A DNA stretch of 64,000 nt from NCBI GenBank assembly GCA_028534125.1, contig CM052817.1, forward strand, positions 32,304,001-32,368,000. The letters are read 5' to 3'. Origin of the DNA: Lama glama (lineage: Eukaryota). Below are positions 1 to 13,239 of this stretch, piece by piece (the first letter of the stretch is position 1; every line of letters starts with the position of its first letter). Both the position numbers and the translations under genes were made by a program. Under the pieces are notes generated by a model. It was given only the letters and a program-made list of their open reading frames with translations, made no database searches and was not told the origin of the DNA.

Positions 1-1054
1 AAAATGGCTGCACATCTACGTTCTCATGTGTTCACTTCAGCTGTACAGACTGAGCCAGAGATCATAAGGACGACAACTCAGTCAAAACATCATGAGCAAG
101 GCACTTGGTGCTGAGGACACAGACAGCATGGAGACCTTGTGTCGGGCTGAGTAATGAGACATAAACACAAGAAAAAGTCATTAGTTATACAAAGCAGTTA
201 TACCCCCACCTTCGACTATAAAATTAATTATTGTTTGTCTGTCAGCCTATCCATCAGATGATTAATCCGTTCAGGGAAGAATTCTCATCCTTGTGAATTC
301 TTATAATGTCAGGTATGCAAGAGACAGTCAATAGGCCAGAGGTCACAGTGCTGGACCTGCATGGAGATTTCAAAATTGTTGAGCCAACATTAAAAATTCA
401 ATACAACCATGTACATTTCTAGCTTCTCTTAAATAATTGGAAGTGGCAACTGGCACAAGACATTTGACTAAAGTTAAAGGAGGTCTGCCTGTCTTAGATG
501 GGGTGTGCCTTGTAGAAGAAAACGATGTCCCCATCAAAAATAGGAAAACAAAGGATAGGCCAGGAAGCCTGCACATTTAAAAAAATGAGAGAGAACCAAG
601 GCTAATATTCAGCTGGCATACGCTGGTAAGAAACACTTCCATACCAGTTCATAAATAGCCATTGCCAAGCCTCCGTGTGTCGCCCTGCTGCCCTGGGCAC
701 TTTGGTCCATCCCCCGTCCACCTCCTACCCACAACAGGACTCTGCTGCATCACTACAGCCAGGAGGCATCCAGCTTGGGAACCCAGGCCAATGGCCACTA
801 GTTAAGTATTTTGAATATAACCTCTGGAGAAAATGTTTCTTTGCGAAGAATATGCCTACATGATTTAATATGCAGACATATGGGTCTTAAGAAAAAATGC
901 AACAAAGGACCTGATATGAAAGAAGCTATAGTTTCTTAACATTTTCATGATAATTGCCTGGCCTGTATAGGGATGTGAGCTCATGGTTGCTCCCATTTCT
1001 AGTGCTTAATTGAATTGAATAAGTACCCCAGGAGTTCAGTGGGAAGGGAGGTTG

Positions 1055-1995
1055 GTCTATCAATTAATAGGGGGGTGTGGAAATCTCCAACTATAACAGT
1101 GGATTTGAAAGTGAGCTGGACCCTGCGGGGCCTTGTCAGGGACAGACCTCTGTGTCCCTCGCCTCTTGTCTGTAGATAAAGCTTTAGTCTCTTAGGCCTT
1201 CCCTGAGTTCTAAAGAGTAGATTTAATCAGAGAAGTGAGAAAATGCAGAAACAAAGGAAAACAGTCAAACGAGACAAAATAATAATAGTTTAGCCATAAA
1301 ACAAAGTCAAGGATCTTTAGTTTCTCCTCAGGAGCTATAGATAATATCCTGGGCCATGTCCTTGAGTTGTTTTGCCCACACTAAAACCCCCACCAGGTGG
1401 AGGAAGTTAACTGCATGCTGACCACAAGGACATAGACCCAGACCACTGGAATCAGAAGGTTGATGACTGAGCGTCCCCAAACATCACCCTGTTACCTCAC
1501 CATCAACCAATGAGAGAACTGTGAATGAGCTGATCACACACCCGGTGACCCTCTCCCTCACCCTGTCTTTAAAAACCCTTCTCTGAAAGCCACCAGGGAG
1601 TTTGGGTCATTTGAGCGTGAGCTGCCCGTTCTCCTTACTTAGTGCCCTGCAATGAATGCTGTCTGTACTCTTCCTCACCACAGCTGGTGTCAGCAGGTCG
1701 GCTTTGCTGCAGCTGGGGCCAGCAGACCCAGGGTAGGCTGGCGAATAGATCTGTCTGTTTCTCTTTACGGTTCTGTCAGTTTTCCCCTCACATATTTTGA
1801 CGATCTGTTGTTAGGCATACCCACATTTAGAATGACTGTACAAGAATTGACCCCTTTATCATTCAGTAATGCCTTCTTTATCCCTGGCAATTTTTGTTAT
1901 TCTGAAATCTCCTTTGTCTCAAATTAATATAGCTCTCCCACCTTTCTTTAGATTAGAGTTTATCTAATGGTTTATCTTTCTGCATCCCTTTAGCT
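1055..1995 (-). mobile_element. Old L1 (L1M) ORF2 5' region fragment, interrupted by an LTR
   Basis: Antisense L1 text (aaatctccaactataacagtggatt...tgtctgtttctc...gaattgacccctttatcatt) rejoins seamlessly when 1106-1751 is removed; boundaries approximate. Confidence 0.7.
1106..1747 (+). mobile_element. Solo ERV1-class LTR (MER41-like)
   Basis: Starts TG, ends TA (decayed CA); 4-bp TSD GATT (1102-1105)/GATC (1748-1751); TATA-like TTTAAAAA at 1568 and AATGAA (decayed polyA signal) at 1651; family assigned by recognition only. Confidence 0.75.
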
Positions 1996-2370
1996 AGCAG
2001 CTTTGTTTGTAATAGCCAAAAAAGACAATCTAAGTGTCTGTCAACAAAGTAAATGAGTATCCATACAATGAAATTCTCCTCAGAAATAAAAATGAATGAA
2101 CTTTTAATACCTAGAACAACATGGAGGAATCTCAAAATAATTACACTGAATGAAAGAAGCTGCACCAAAAATAAAAGACTGTATTGAAGGATTGCATTTA
2201 TATAAAATTATAGAAATGCAAACAAATCTATAGTGACAGAAAGGAGACCAGTGGTTACCTGGGCAGGGGAGAGATGATGGGTGGGAAAGACAGACTGCCA
2301 AGAGGCATGAGGAGACTTTTGGGGGTGATGAATAGTTCACTATCTCGATAGTGGTGATGGTCTCATGGGT
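1996..2370 (+). mobile_element. L1MC/L1MD-type 3' UTR fragment
   Basis: Typical L1 3' text: gtaatagccaaaa...acatggaggaatctcaaaataatt...tatagtgacagaaag...gagacttttgggggtgatg. Confidence 0.7.
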
Positions 2371-5300
2371 CAGTGTGGTTCAGAGAGGACGGAACAGAGC
2401 ATTCAGAACACAGAGGAGCAGGGGCCTCCAACATTATACAGACCTACAGAAGCATGAGCAGTACCAGCAGGATTACTGGTGAATACTCCGGACTTCATAT
2501 AAACTCTGAACTTTCGTGGCAAGAGAATGAAAATCACCTTTAGTTACCCATTGTACTAGAAATCAAGGAAGTGATTATTGCAGCAAAGACTGAGATGGCA
2601 AACAGAATTAGACACTCAGGATGATTAAATGGCCCTAAAGGAGAACTAAGATTTTTTGAGCACCTGTTGTGTATCAGGTGCAATGAGAGATGTTTTATAT
2701 ATATCATCACTCTGTGTTACAGTTTTTACAAACGCTATCTCTAAACCACACTATCTTCTGTTAAAGACAAGGATCAGGAGGATTTTATATGTTAAGTGAC
2801 TTAAGGTCAATAAACAATAGAGTAATACAAGGAGTATAAAAGTATAAGAGATGAAATAAAAGAATAAGAGAAGGGAGATCAATACATGCCCAAGCATAGA
2901 GTGCACGCCGAAGCATGAATGCAAAGAGTTATACAGGTAACTTCTTATTCGACTCCTTTTGTAACATCAAGCTAAGATCCCCAAGAAGAAGGAGAACGTC
3001 TTCTGCAGACGGGAATTAAGACAGTGAAATTCAGTTACTCCTCCCACATGAAGATTTTCCCTTTACTTCCAATTTTAGAGAATTAAGATTTAATTTTAGT
3101 TAAGAGAACTTGTGGGTTCCTACAAATGACCTTCTTGTTTCAGGTCTCTCAAGATGAAGTTGGGTAATTCAGGTAAACTCTACCATGACAGTTGGCTATG
3201 TTTCTCAATAAGAGGAATTATGTTCTTTTATACATTTTGCAAGATGAATCAATGTTGAGGGTGAGTGAAAGAGGTTGTGAGGTGCACTCATGGCTGGGGC
3301 TTGGACATCAGAGAATACATTACATGTTCTAAGAGAGCTGAATGTTGGGAGAGAAATATATGGCGGCACTTTTGTGGAGGTAGAATTATTTATTGAACTG
3401 CTGATGATTGCATAGGCCACAGGAGGCAGGAATTTGATTAGCCTTTGCATTTAAATGGCCAGAAGTAGTTTTATTACTTCCAAGAAATTATCTCAGCGTT
3501 TATTAGAAAAAAGGCTACAGAGGATATGCCCAGTGTACCATCTTAGAAACCTTCTTTGGACTATGAACTTCTTAAATGCTCTCCCAGATATGATAATCTA
3601 AAATAAAATAATGATATTCAAGAGTTATGGCTTCAAGTTCAAAGAGTATTAAGAATTGGAATAGAGTCTGGAACGGTTCCGGGTAAGATATTTGATTCAT
3701 AAAATCAGCCTGAATGTGGTCAAATTTATATAGGTGAGCCAAAGCTTAATGACATACATTCATTTTGTTACTTTAGACCCTGAATTGGTTTTGAGAACAC
3801 TGGTTATTGGTATTTCCATAATCCAAATAGCAATCAGGATGAAAGGTTTAATTCTCTACAAATGAAAAGAATACAACATACCTTTTTTTTTTTTTAACAA
3901 TATACTGGTTATGTGTTTTCCTCCTCTACCAGTTTCAAAAGCCTGGTATTATTTCATCTCATTGATAACATATTTATCTCTTGGATTCCGGAATTTAGTG
4001 TGTTAATATCAGGCTGTCACACCTGGTCGGGTTTCAGCCTAACTGGAAACCCAGTAAGATGTTGGTCCTCATACATTTTCAGGCAGTTTGTGGGCACTCC
4101 AAAAATACTGCTTAATGAAAGTTGGGATAGTTTAACTGGAGACCAGTCCCCTTGTTTTCAATTTTTTAAAACTGATTTTTCCATTATTAATGCTGTGCTT
4201 CAAAAATATGGGAGGAAGGTGGAATGATCATTAAGGTTAAGTTCATGGCTGGCTTCTGTTCGGTAAATTGCATCGGCCAGTACCTCCTCTGGGTGTTTTC
4301 CCAACAGGAAGCGTATTGGTAACATCACAGCTGATCAGCATCAACCCAGGAAATCAGCTGATACTGGGTTAGTCGATGGGATCTTTCATTCTTACAAAAG
4401 TGGGCTCTACAGAGTAATAGCAACCTATCCTGGCTCTATAAATTGTCACCATTTTAAGTCATGTGAAACATGATTTATAAAGGTACCCATGTGCTACAGG
4501 CCAATTGCTTGATTGCTGCTTTCAGCGATATCTCTAATTAATCATTATCTTAGATGAGTGCAAACAGCTTGTAAATAGTTAGATACAAATGGTTCTCTGC
4601 TGAATTGTAGTGGGCTGGGAGTCACAGCTGCTGCAATTACTGTTAAGCATTTTAAGAGATAAGCTGAGATTTAGACAAAAACAAATTTATCATTTGTTTC
4701 TAAATAGATCGTTATTCTTGATTTGTGCCGAGAGCAATAGTAACTAGTATTTGCAAAGTATTTTACAAGTTTATGAAGTACTTCTCATATATTTTAAGAG
4801 CTACTGTTTATTATGCCAAATACTGTGTTCAGTTCTTGAGATACATCTTTCCTTCAATCCTCACAATTCTGAGTAAATATTACATTATCCAGATGTTACC
4901 TTTAATTAGCTTAGGATAAAGGAATCAAAAAAGAACAAAGGTTGGGAAAAGGTTGGCTCTCCAGGAAGCACCTCTCATTTAACAGCTTTTCCCCTTCAAA
5001 ATGGGATTTCAAAGTCAGAGTTACCCAGTCACAGTCACAGAATAGTGAAATGTGAAGGGACATTAGAGGGGACTCAATTTGGTAAAAACGGAAAGTATGA
5101 TGATTACAGAAAAATACTTCAAATCACACAATGCTGTGGATAAAAGAACTCTGTTACATGTAAGTAGGTGCAGGGCTTACACTGGACTTTGATCATCGGT
5201 CTGTTTCATTAACCTGTCTATGGTTTCGTTTGCTAGAAGTCTATTAGAATTTCAGATACAAGATTTGCTCATTTTATATCTTTTTTCTCTCTCCTTTGCA

Positions 5301-5779
5301 AGTTTAACATATTTCCTGATGTTTTGGGAGGCAGAGGTTTAACTTGGGAAAGGACGATGGGGCTCTATCTGCATTTCATAGAGATATTTGGTCCTTAAAT
5401 GAAATGCATTTGCCCAAACCTCCACTTAGCTCTGGGGAATTCATCTGCCTTAAGGAGGGATGTTCCGCACTTCTCTAGTTACTGTTGTGCTGGGATAATA
5501 TTTTGACATATTAATCTTTTACCTCCCTCTATTTCCCTGTTTCCTTTCTCTCCATTCAAGCAGAAAGTAGGATCAGTATTAATTGTTCCAGGGGAGACAC
5601 ATCACAAGGCTGAAAACAGAGGTGTCTACGAGTCTTTTTGGCTTTTGTTTTCCAAAGGCCTAAACCTTCAGAAGAAGGGAATTTCTAGATCTAGATAGAG
5701 GGTTTTGAAGAAACAAAAGCAGGGAAGAATTTCTCCAAACTGAAAGACTGGAAAGAGATGTTCTCTGGTTAGAGGGGGT

Positions 5780-5784
<5 letters not shown>

Positions 5785-5812
<28 letters not shown>
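5785..5812. repeat. (CA)n microsatellite
   Basis: Uninterrupted AC run. Confidence 0.95.
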
Positions 5813-5815
<3 letters not shown>

Positions 5816-7554
5816 TTGATGGTTTGTCAGGGTATAAAATTCTAAAGCTGTGGTATAAACCTAAGAAAAGACAAAGGAAAGCCCATGAAGGGCTGATGTT
5901 AAGTGTAAGTATCCCCACGTCCCACCCCAACGGATGCTAGCAGAATAGGGGCTCAGAATCAGAAGTTCTGCAGAGTTACAAAAAAGTAGAAGGTTCTCTC
6001 TCCAGGACACTGGAATTCGTGGGTTCAGATTTACATCTACCATGCTAGCTAGAAGACATACCATGTGGATACACGTAGCTTTTAATGATGTTCATCAAAG
6101 AGTTCAGCAAACAAAATAGAAATAACCTAAATGTTGTTTGATGAACCATTATAATACATGTATGTATGAACATTATTCAGTTATTTGAAATATTATTTAT
6201 GAGACTGCTTAATTAGGTAAAGGTGTTCAAAATATTATGTGATATGAAATTATGTTGTAAAATACTATCGACAGTATGATCCAATTTTGAGAGGAAAATA
6301 TATATGTATACATAAAGAACAAACTTGAAGAAGATATATTACAGGAGGGACTTTAATGTTTTCAAGCTTTTCTTCAATTTCTAATGTTCTACAAATAACA
6401 GGCATTCCTTTTATAATAAGAACAATATGATGAAAATCATAAAATTAAATTAGTTTATACTTTGCACTGAATGTACTACACACTGCTTTTACTGAAAAAG
6501 TCAGGGAGAGAAGGCTCCTACCCTTCTCACACAATTCTGCTGTAAGGGGGACTGGAGTAGTCATCCCTTCACCTGCCGGTCTATTCTCATCAAAATTATG
6601 CTTAAAACAAGATCAGGAACTGGAGAAAGAGTGAAGAGTAAACAAATAAATTCTAAAAAATGAAAGACCTGAAAAATTAGAAAAACTAAATATGAATAAT
6701 TTGAGATGGAGAAAAATGACATCCTTACACTTTCTTTGTTAGCATCGGGTCTTATATAAAGTAAGTACTTAGCAAATAGAGACCAAGACTGAAAACAAAT
6801 AGGGAAAGGAAAGTGTTTGGAGCTTCTGAATAGAAAAAACCTCTGGCTTATGAAGCTGATACATTTTCTAAATAAAACATGGATGGATTAGTTAAGGAAC
6901 ACCAACATGGAGATTATTCAGTGTCAGAATGGATGAGAATTTTTTATAATAGGAGGATATGTGGAGTTCTGATAAGGAATTCTGATTTTGATTTGATAAT
7001 AAGAAAGTTTATATATAATACTAGCATAATTGTAGTCTACATTTGGAGGACAACCAGATAAGCAGATGTAAAATACATTCTACAAAAACAAAAATTATAA
7101 ATAGGGGAACACATTTAATTTGAATTGTGTTACACACGAACAGAATCTGAACTAGTGATTTCTTAGTGCTTTTTTATATTTAGAAAAAAATGTATAATAA
7201 TCAAAGCAGGTAATTTAAAACCACACATTATTATTTAGAACTTAGACACTTCCTAGTATCTCTTGACAAATCCATAACATTAATGTAAGTTATAGTAATA
7301 GGAGATTAAATTGCATTGACTATAAGTTCCACATATTATAACTTCAAATTCCACTAAGAAACTCCTTTTATTTGCTCTGATCAAATTACTTTACATTCAG
7401 CTGTTTCCTTGAAACTGAAAACCAACCTGGAATTCTTACTGACATAAAACATTAACTCTCCACATACTCATTGTTTCTTGGTCTAGTCCATCTTTCTAAC
7501 ACTAATTAAATATTTTATTTATTATTGTATTATTTAATAATTTTTCTATCTTGG

Positions 7555-7670
7555 CAGGGGCAGGGGGTAGGTAACTAGGTTTACTTGTTTCTGGAGGAGG
7601 TACTCAGGATCGAACCCAGGGCCTTACGCATGCTAAGCATGCACTCTACCCCTTGAGCTATACCCTCCCC
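7555..7670 (-). mobile_element. tRNA-Ala-derived camelid SINE (vic-1-like)
   Basis: Minus strand reads GGGGAGGGTATAGCTCAAGGGGTAGAGTGCATGCTTAGCATGCGTAAGGCCCTGGGTTCGATCC, with A and B boxes. Confidence 0.85.
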
Positions 7671-7699
7671 CACAGTCTATTTTTTAAAATTGTACTTAC

Positions 7700-8198
7700 C
7701 CTTGGGTATGTGACTGAGTTTATTTCTTTGAAGAATGAGCAACTTTAGAAACGGAAGCTCATTTCTCAAGCTGCTTCTGTGGCGTTTCACCCACGAGGAC
7801 TTAAGACTGGGCAGATCCAATGACACGGAGTGGATGGCGTTGTTGCTGAGGTTTAACATTTCCAGAGCATGAAAACGCGCGAGAGAGCTCAAGGTTACTT
7901 TTGATATGAGATTGTTACTGAGGTCCAAATGTCTTATAGTCCATTCTTCTTTTTTCATGTGAGTTTGTAAGAGAACCTTGAAGAAATTGGAACTTACAGC
8001 ATCCACCGTGGCTGCTATCTGTGATATGTCCACAGGTATCTCACGCTTTCCAGCAAAAGAACAATTTGTCAGAAGATATCCATTCCACTGGCACTTGGAA
8101 TTGAATAAAATACTACTTTTTCTAGATGGGTTTGTCATTGTGCCAGTGAAATAAAGACCTATCACCATGGTAATGACTCTCAAACACAGGTTTTTCAT
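7700..8198 (-). CDS. LRRC66: Leucine-rich repeat-containing protein 66, first coding exon (no further coding exon recognised in the window)
   Basis: MKNLCLRVITMVIGLYFTG...HLDLSNNLI...MLNLSNNAI...LLILQRNKL (signal-like N-terminus plus LRRs); acceptor ctctccag|g at 8204/8203, donor AAGG|GTAAGT at 7700/7699; synteny with SGCB. Confidence 0.93.
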
Positions 8199-8474
8199 AA
8201 TGCCTGGAGAGAGGAAAATTAATTGACTTATTCAAAGTAGCTTATGTAAAAACTAACAGCAAATAAGCAGAAAATTTAATTTTCAATTTAAGATTTAGGA
8301 ACATTATTCTGCCTTGATTGCCCATTTAAGTGAATGTTTAATTTCTTACAAACTGGGGCAAAGTGTAGCTTGCAAAATGGTATACAGCTATAGTATAAAA
8401 CTACATTTATGACACATTTTTAAAGAAAGAACTCCCCTGATTTGTCAGAAAATACAAATTCACTTAGGCCTCAC

Positions 8475-8650
8475 CTCTGTGTCTGCTCTTCCAGGATCAT
8501 TCACCCTGACGTCTGCTTAGGAGTGAGGGAAACCTACCAAGATTAAAGACTTCTCTGCTTCCTTGCTAGTCATTAGTACTGAGCAAAGTCTATTAGCTTA
8601 TCTTACAGCACTGCAGTCAGCCATGTGATTTACCACGTGAGTCACAAGCC
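8475..8650 (-). promoter_or_regulatory. LRRC66: Probable LRRC66 non-coding first exon and proximal promoter
   Basis: Donors GAG|GTGAGG (8475/8474) and TTG|GTAGGT (8538/8537) just upstream of the coding exon acceptor; TGACGTCT 8507, CATGTG 8622, CACGTGAGTCA 8634-8644. Confidence 0.45.
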
Positions 8651-11184
8651 ATCCAGTTACGCTAAACTGTGGAACTGCATGGGTGGAAAGTTCAACTCAC
8701 GAGAAGAGACTCTTGATTTTTTTTTTAATGACTAGAACTACAAGCTTTGTCTTTGTGGCTTTTGTGACTTTTCAAATCCTTTTGAAATCATTTAGACATA
8801 TGCAACATTAAAAATGGATTATAAAAAGGATGCTCTGCCTAGAACCCATGAAGATATAATAAGATACAGAAACTCAAGTAACTTTTTTCACCAAAGATCC
8901 TTGAGAAGCACTTAAAAGCTTTAAAACAAATATCTATAAAGCACAAAAAGTAATTTAAAAAGAAAATCGAAAGGATAACTTTTGTGATGTGTTTTAATTA
9001 AACCAAGTTCCATTAAAAAAACCAATGTGCATACAAATAACCACATTATTCAGCACGTAGGTTTACAATAAATTGTCCCTTGCTTTCTGTTCTAATGGCA
9101 CCACTCTGGTCCTCATCACTACTCTGCAGTACTAGGATGGTCTATTTTCCAGCCACTGCCTCTTGACTTTCCTTCTTGATTCATCCAGAAGGTTCCAAAC
9201 GGTTACTTCTCCACAGTACTCTTCTCCTCACATCATCCTCCCATTTAAAATTCTCCTAGGGCTCCTGTAGTCCAAATCCCTCAGGCTGGCATTCCAGGTT
9301 TGCATTACTTACCTAACTTTATGAACTAGTTTTAAAAGTACATGTGGAGCAAATACAAGATGCGGCTTCTGTACCTCAGTATATATATATATATGTAGAT
9401 CTCATGCAAAAATGAGCTTTTAGTTCACTCCAATTCCAAGCCCAATGCCTTTTCCTCCCCTCAGTCCAAATCCTACATATATCCTTCCAGATCCATCACA
9501 GACCCTATGGCCTGAAGACCCTTTTTCCTGCTTTGGCCTCTATTTGCACCTTATGTCTTCAGAAATCTTTCAGTGAATATTTATTAAATGAATGAATGAA
9601 TGCATGTTTGTAACATTCAGTTTGACAGAACATTAATACTATCCCACATTGCTATTGCTTTGCTTTGTGTCTTTTTTAAACACCTCAAAAGACTAAGCTC
9701 CCAGAGGGTAAGAGCCATGTATAGATAGATAAAGTTTCCCCCCATGTTTTATATTTTTAATAGTCCTCAGTTTGTCATTATATATATATATGGCTCCATC
9801 ACCTCTCTCTCTCATCTCATCTCATCTGTGTATTTTCCCCCATGTTTTCTGTTTTCAATAGTCTGCAGTCTGTCATCAGGCTACACTCTGCTTGGATAAA
9901 TGAATGCATGGAGTGAATGAAATTTACCATGTAACTTTTAAAACTTTGGTTTCATACAAGGTCAATTCTCCCATGTTTTGAAGGGCATCTAAATTCAGGT
10001 ATGTGTGATCATGAACTGCAAAGGTGCCCTACACCATGGAGGAGTGAATTTATCTTTAAAGTGTGCCTTTCATGCAATATCAGAAATTGAATTAATTTGT
10101 ATAGTCAGAAAGATATTTGTTATATTCAAAGCTGCAGTCATTATATATACATACAATTATATAGCAAGCTAATGTAACATCAGCAACAAAACACAGTTAT
10201 CATCCACAGGCATATTACAATACTGAAGAGAAACATGTGGTTGAAAAATATTTCTTAAGGAGACTTAAGTTAAAGATTTTCATTGACCTGATTCTTTCTA
10301 TGAAGAGATTTATCTATAATTAATAGGTGTAAGTTCAAAACAACTAGATAAGGATACTCATATCTTAAAGTGAAAAGTATTAATTTGTAAAGAAAAAAAT
10401 ATGTATATACACATTACACACAAACATATGTATTAGGTAAGGAACACCCGAGAACTTCAGAAAAATCTTCTGAGGAAACTGGAGATAATTAGGTAAAATG
10501 TTGAATCTTTAAATAGATATATTCGAGCTGAAGTATGAGGAAGCAGTTAGGAACACTGGGCGTGAGTGTGTCAGACAGTGAGACAGGGAGAAGGCAGTAT
10601 CAAAAACAGAAAGTAGAAAGGAAATGAAAGTCCATTCTTACATAAAACAAAGAGAAGTTAAAACAATTAGAAGCCAAAAACCCAAAGAGGCTAGTTTTGC
10701 TAAGATGTAGAAAGAACACAATAGGAACACTGTTCCTAAGGCATACCTTTGGTCCTCCGGGAGTTTTCATATGGGTCTCTCTCTGAATCAGCCAGGTGGG
10801 GATTTTAGACCTGAGCCTTTGAGGCTCCACCCATCTGCCTTGGAGCCTGCCCTGTAATAAAACTTCAACCCCTTCATCTCCAGACTCTGGCCTCTTGCCC
10901 TGGTGACAGCAGTGACAATGACACAGAGTGTGGTATACAATTCTGGGCATACTAGGGGGAAAGCCGCCAGAGAGAGGCATCCTGCAGTGCACGGAGGGCA
11001 AGACTTTCCAGACGGGGACTGCACAGCTTCTAATTCCGAGCTCTAGGATTCCAGAGACATTACATAAATTCTGGTAGTGTCCAAATTCTCAAGCTAAATT
11101 TACATTCAGCACGTTTATATGATTAAGCAGAAACCTGGAATATTTTAACAATTAAAAAATTAACAGCAAACAATTTACAGAATC

Positions 11185-11190
11185 TTTATT
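11185..11190 (-). terminator. SGCB: Candidate distal polyadenylation signal of SGCB (about 2.9 kb 3' UTR)
   Basis: AATAAA on minus strand followed by a U/GU-rich tract; another AATAAA at 11269-11274. Confidence 0.5.
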
Positions 11191-13239
11191 GTTAACAGAG
11201 GTCATTAATAGTTACTACAAACTGAATTAACTGAAAGTCAAATCAGTAACCCGAAACAAATTTATAGGTTTATTTTTGTACAGCATAATTTGTAATCTTC
11301 ACCCCCTCAACACTTTAAAAAAGATAACTAAAATTATCAGCATTTTAATGGTCTCCTTTTTTTGTCAAATTTAGCACCACAACATTCTCACTCTCTTAAA
11401 AAAAACCCCTCAAAACTAGGTAGAGCTTCTATCTTTCATTCAAAACTATCACACACAATTTATTTTGTTTTTTCATAATGCAAAAAGAATACAAAAAGTA
11501 TATTTTCAAATATTACAGACCATACATAGACAGTCCTGTGTGTTGTTTTGCATTTTTCCCATCTGCCCATTAGACAGCCTCTAAAATACCTTGCTTTTAT
11601 TTCACTTGTCCCCCTTGTTATCGCAATCTACCTCCAAAGTGCGGTAGTTACTCAAACGAGCACATGTCTGCCCTGCTCTCCTGGGTGTCTGTCTTTGTCC
11701 TCCACCTCCTCCCGGTCTGCTGCCTGCCATGTCAGCACTCATGCAGGGGAGGAATCAGCAGAAAGAGGAAAAGTTAACATTTCACTTTAGAGAAAAATAC
11801 CACCTGATGGTGAGAATGAACAGCTGATGGCTTTACTGTAATGCAAAATAGGTCACAGGTGAAATGGACTTGTTTGTTCTTGTTCTGTTTCAGTGAAAAA
11901 GCAAAGGCTACCTGTAAAGTGTCCTAAAATACTATACCTGTTACCTTAACAATCAGTTCTTTAAAAACATTAAAATGTTCTCTCATGTCAAAAGCACTTA
12001 ATGGAGATGTATCAAAAGCAAGTTTCTCAGAGGAGTAAAAATAGATTATTTAGTGAATCACATTCAATAAATAGTACTTTGTAACACAGTATTCTGTGGT
12101 TTCTGTAAAAATATTTATCTAAACAAACTTTCAAAACAAATCTAAATAGAGCAGACAAGTAATGAATGTAAAATTTACAAATACACTGAGTATCTGAATG
12201 AAAATTCCAATGGATTTTTTTATGAATATCATTCAGATATTAAGTGGTTCTGAACATCAGTACAACTAATAACAACCAGAAGTCACAAATTTCACTCTCT
12301 CTTTTTTCTTGACTTAAAAACTGCACTCAGTGTTGGGAAGTTAGTCAACCTCTACTTTAGGATAGTTTAATGACGATTCATAATCTCTAAGGTATTTGGT
12401 TTTTCTATAAGAGAGAACTGTGACAATATTGAATGCAAACTGTTTTTTGTATTGATTTTTTATCTACATGGTTCAAAGTGACCAGGACAGAATATTGTTA
12501 CACTTGAATGCAGACTGGGGCCTATGATTTATCACTATTGCCTACTTTACACCACACTACTTTGAGGTCTCTCTTCCTGATGCTGTGTGTGTCTTGATAA
12601 TACCAAAGAGTTCCTTTCAAGTCAGATATAAAATACATTACAAATCAACTGGCTTGAGGTTGTAAATCATTACAATGGGTGGTGATGTTAGGAGCAGAGA
12701 TTAATTCTCATACTTACATAAAATTCCTTATATTATTTCCTGCATTAGCACCCTTTAGTCCAGTGCTTCCTGACTTTTTTCAAGGTATGGCACAGACAGA
12801 AAAGGGTATTATCTGTATGGCAAGCTGGGGGAAACCCACCAGCCATTCCCGGCTAGCAGGACTTGCCTGGAGCATGGCCTCCCCACTCCCCACTGTGCTT
12901 TCCTGAGGGTGGAGGGCACACATATCTTGGCAACCCTTTTACCCATTCAGGTACCCCAGTTGGGAAAAGCGGGTAACCCATAACTAGGCCAATTTGACCT
13001 CTCTATAGTGTATTATTTTGGAACTGGCTGGAGACAGTTTAAAACCTGACAGTGATTGGTCATTTTTTTTGACAAGAGATTGATTTATTTTCTCTTAACT
13101 AAAGTAAGCATACCTGTTTTGTTTGAGCCTTATCTGCTTAGGTAAGTTTGAATTAGTCTTTATTCATCTTTCTAGAGTTTTAAATAATTAAAACTTCAGT
13201 GCAGACAGAGAAAAAGATGCAGTATTTAGAAATAGGTAC

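Noticed and set aside
7590..7670. tRNA-Ala-like gene (also near 16570, 42450 and 46360)
   Set aside because: SINE heads with shared tails and TSDs, not genuine tRNA genes
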